Shown here: positions 61,269 through 62,508 of the stretch, piece by piece
Layout of the letters: the number at the start of each line of letters is the position of its first letter
Numbering within the stretch: position 1 is the stretch's first letter
Notes under the pieces: generated by a model
What the model was told of the DNA's origin: nothing
What the model saw: the letters and a program-made list of their open reading frames with translations, nothing else
Databases searched by the model: none
Translations under genes and position numbers: made by a program
DNA from: Candidatus Eiseniibacteriota bacterium
GTDB taxonomy: Bacteria; Eisenbacteria; RBG-16-71-46; CAZEPH01
Assembly: GCA_044229145.1 (NCBI GenBank)
Contig: JBGATO010000018.1
Coordinates: forward strand, 1 to 62,508
Direction: 5' to 3'
Length of the DNA stretch: 62,508 nt

Positions 61269-61748
61269 ATGGCCGACATGGGACACACGTACCTGCTCCG
61301 CCGCGAGGTCGTGGTGCCGGCACCGCTCGATGCGGTGTTCGCGTTCTTCGCCGACGCGGGAAATCTCGAGCGTCTCACGCCGTCCACCACCGGCTTCGTC
61401 ATCCTCACACCACGGCCGATCGACATGCACGCCGGGACGCTCATCGACTATCGCATCCGCATTGCCGGCATCCCGACGCCGTGGCGCACGCTGATCGAGA
61501 CGTGGGATCCGCCGCATGCCTTCAGCGACGTGCAGCTGCGCGGACCGTATCGCCGCTGGGACCATCGCCACACGTTCACGGCGGTGGACGCCGGCCATAC
61601 ACGTGTGCGCGACGAGGTGTTCTACGAGATGCCGTTCGGCCCGCTCGGACGGCTGGCGCACGCGCTGTTCGTGAAGCGGATGCTCGACGCGATTTTCGAC
61701 TACCGCACGCAGGCGCTGGCGGCGATCTTTCCGGAGACGGCGCGATGA
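61269..61748 (+). CDS. SRPBCC (START-like) family protein
   Basis: VFAFF..AGNLERLTP, G.LIDYRI, FSDVQLRGPY..WDHRHTF, IFDYR. Confidence 0.88.
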   Translation: MADMGHTYLLRREVVVPAPLDAVFAFFADAGNLERLTPSTTGFVILTPRPIDMHAGTLIDYRIRIAGIPTPWRTLIETWDPPHAFSDVQLRGPYRRWDHRHTFTAVDAGHTRVRDEVFYEMPFGPLGRLAHALFVKRMLDAIFDYRTQALAAIFPETAR

Positions 61749-62221
61749 TGGTCGAACCGGTCGCGTACGTCCGCGCCGGGCGCGACGAGCGGCGCGACGA
61801 CTTCTGGGGCGGCACGGTCGCGCGGATCGAACTCGCCGACGGATACGATACGGCGGCGCTCGCTGGCCTCGAGGAGTTCTCGCACGTCGAGATCGCCTTC
61901 GTGTTCGACCGGATCGCGCCGGCGGACGTGCTGCGGGGTGCCAAGCATCCACGCGAGAATCCGGCGTGGCCGCGGGTCGGCATCTTCGCGCAGCGCGCCA
62001 GCGGGCGGCCGAACCGGCTCGGGCTGACGATTTGCCGCGTGGTCGCCGTCGAGGGGCGAACGCTCGTGGTGGCGGAACTCGACGCGCTCGACGGCACGCC
62101 GGTGGTGGACATCAAGCCGGTGCTGCGCGAGTTCCTGCCGCGCGGCGAGGTGCGGCAGCCGTCGTGGGCGGGCGAACTGATGGCGGACTACTGGCGGGCC
62201 GAGCGCGACGAGCAGCCATAG
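61745..62221 (+). CDS. TrmO/TsaA-like SAM-binding methyltransferase (single domain)
   Basis: LAGLEEFSH, HPR.NP..PRVGIFAQR..RPNRLG, LDALDGTPVVDIKP. Confidence 0.85.
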   Translation: MMVEPVAYVRAGRDERRDDFWGGTVARIELADGYDTAALAGLEEFSHVEIAFVFDRIAPADVLRGAKHPRENPAWPRVGIFAQRASGRPNRLGLTICRVVAVEGRTLVVAELDALDGTPVVDIKPVLREFLPRGEVRQPSWAGELMADYWRAERDEQP

Positions 62222-62370
62222 CGCCGCCGCGATTGCCCTCGCGTGCACCGCGCTGGTACTCTCGATGGTTCCGGGCCGCGTCCCCCGCGAGCCCATCCGT
62301 GCAGGCGGAAAAACCCATCACCGCGGCACGGCGCGACCACCCGTTCCCAGGGAACTGCATCCAACCGACG

Positions 62371-62508
62371 ATGTCCGCACCCCGACTCGCTCTCCTGAGC
62401 CATCTCCAGACCATGCGCCATCACGTCGTGCGGCGCCTCGCCGCGCGCTCGGCGCTGGCGGCGTTGCGCGATCTGTGCGTGGCGATTCTGGTCCTGGCGA
62501 TCGCGGGC
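62371..62508 (+). CDS. possible 5' end of a gene running off the window
   Basis: In-frame ATGs at 62371 and 62413, open to the window end, hydrophobic signal-like stretch. Confidence 0.3.
   Translation, partial: MSAPRLALLSHLQTMRHHVVRRLAARSALAALRDLCVAILVLAIAG

Overview
GC-rich bacterial chromosomal segment with about 50 CDS and no recognisable rRNA, tRNA, CRISPR array or transposase. Three secreted proteins end in a FlgD/T9SS-like C-terminal domain, which suggests an FCB-group organism such as Ca. Eisenbacteria (inference only). Left to right: the AT-richer tail of a possible island (SF1 helicase end plus two orphans); an archaeal-type valS; a CehA/McbA metallohydrolase; a 4-hydroxyproline catabolic operon; three tandem PilX-like prepilins fused to an ice-binding-like (DUF3494-like) beta-solenoid, lying downstream of an ECF43-like sigma factor and Ser/Thr kinase pair; a secreted alpha/beta hydrolase; a DUF5674 two-gene module; a divergent membrane pyrophosphatase; secD and a frameshifted secF; a ComEA-like protein; a 7Fe ferredoxin; a putative metal-handling locus (two CxxC beta-barrel-like proteins and an HMA-thioredoxin fusion, convergent with MFP-RND-RND-SCO-barrel; one RND is frameshifted); a PLP lyase; an S9 peptidase; a Tat peptide plus amidase; a thioesterase; Uma2; a 3-hydroxyacyl-CoA dehydrogenase; a small HTH regulon with twin palindromic operators; a TonB receptor; and a light-stress-type cluster (DUF523/1722, class II photolyase, TIGR01777, SRPBCC) interrupted by a 14-repeat FG-GAP protein, followed by a TrmO-like gene. 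The best novelty candidates are the PilX/ice-binding-like triplet and the metal locus. All family calls come from motif recognition by eye; no searches were run.
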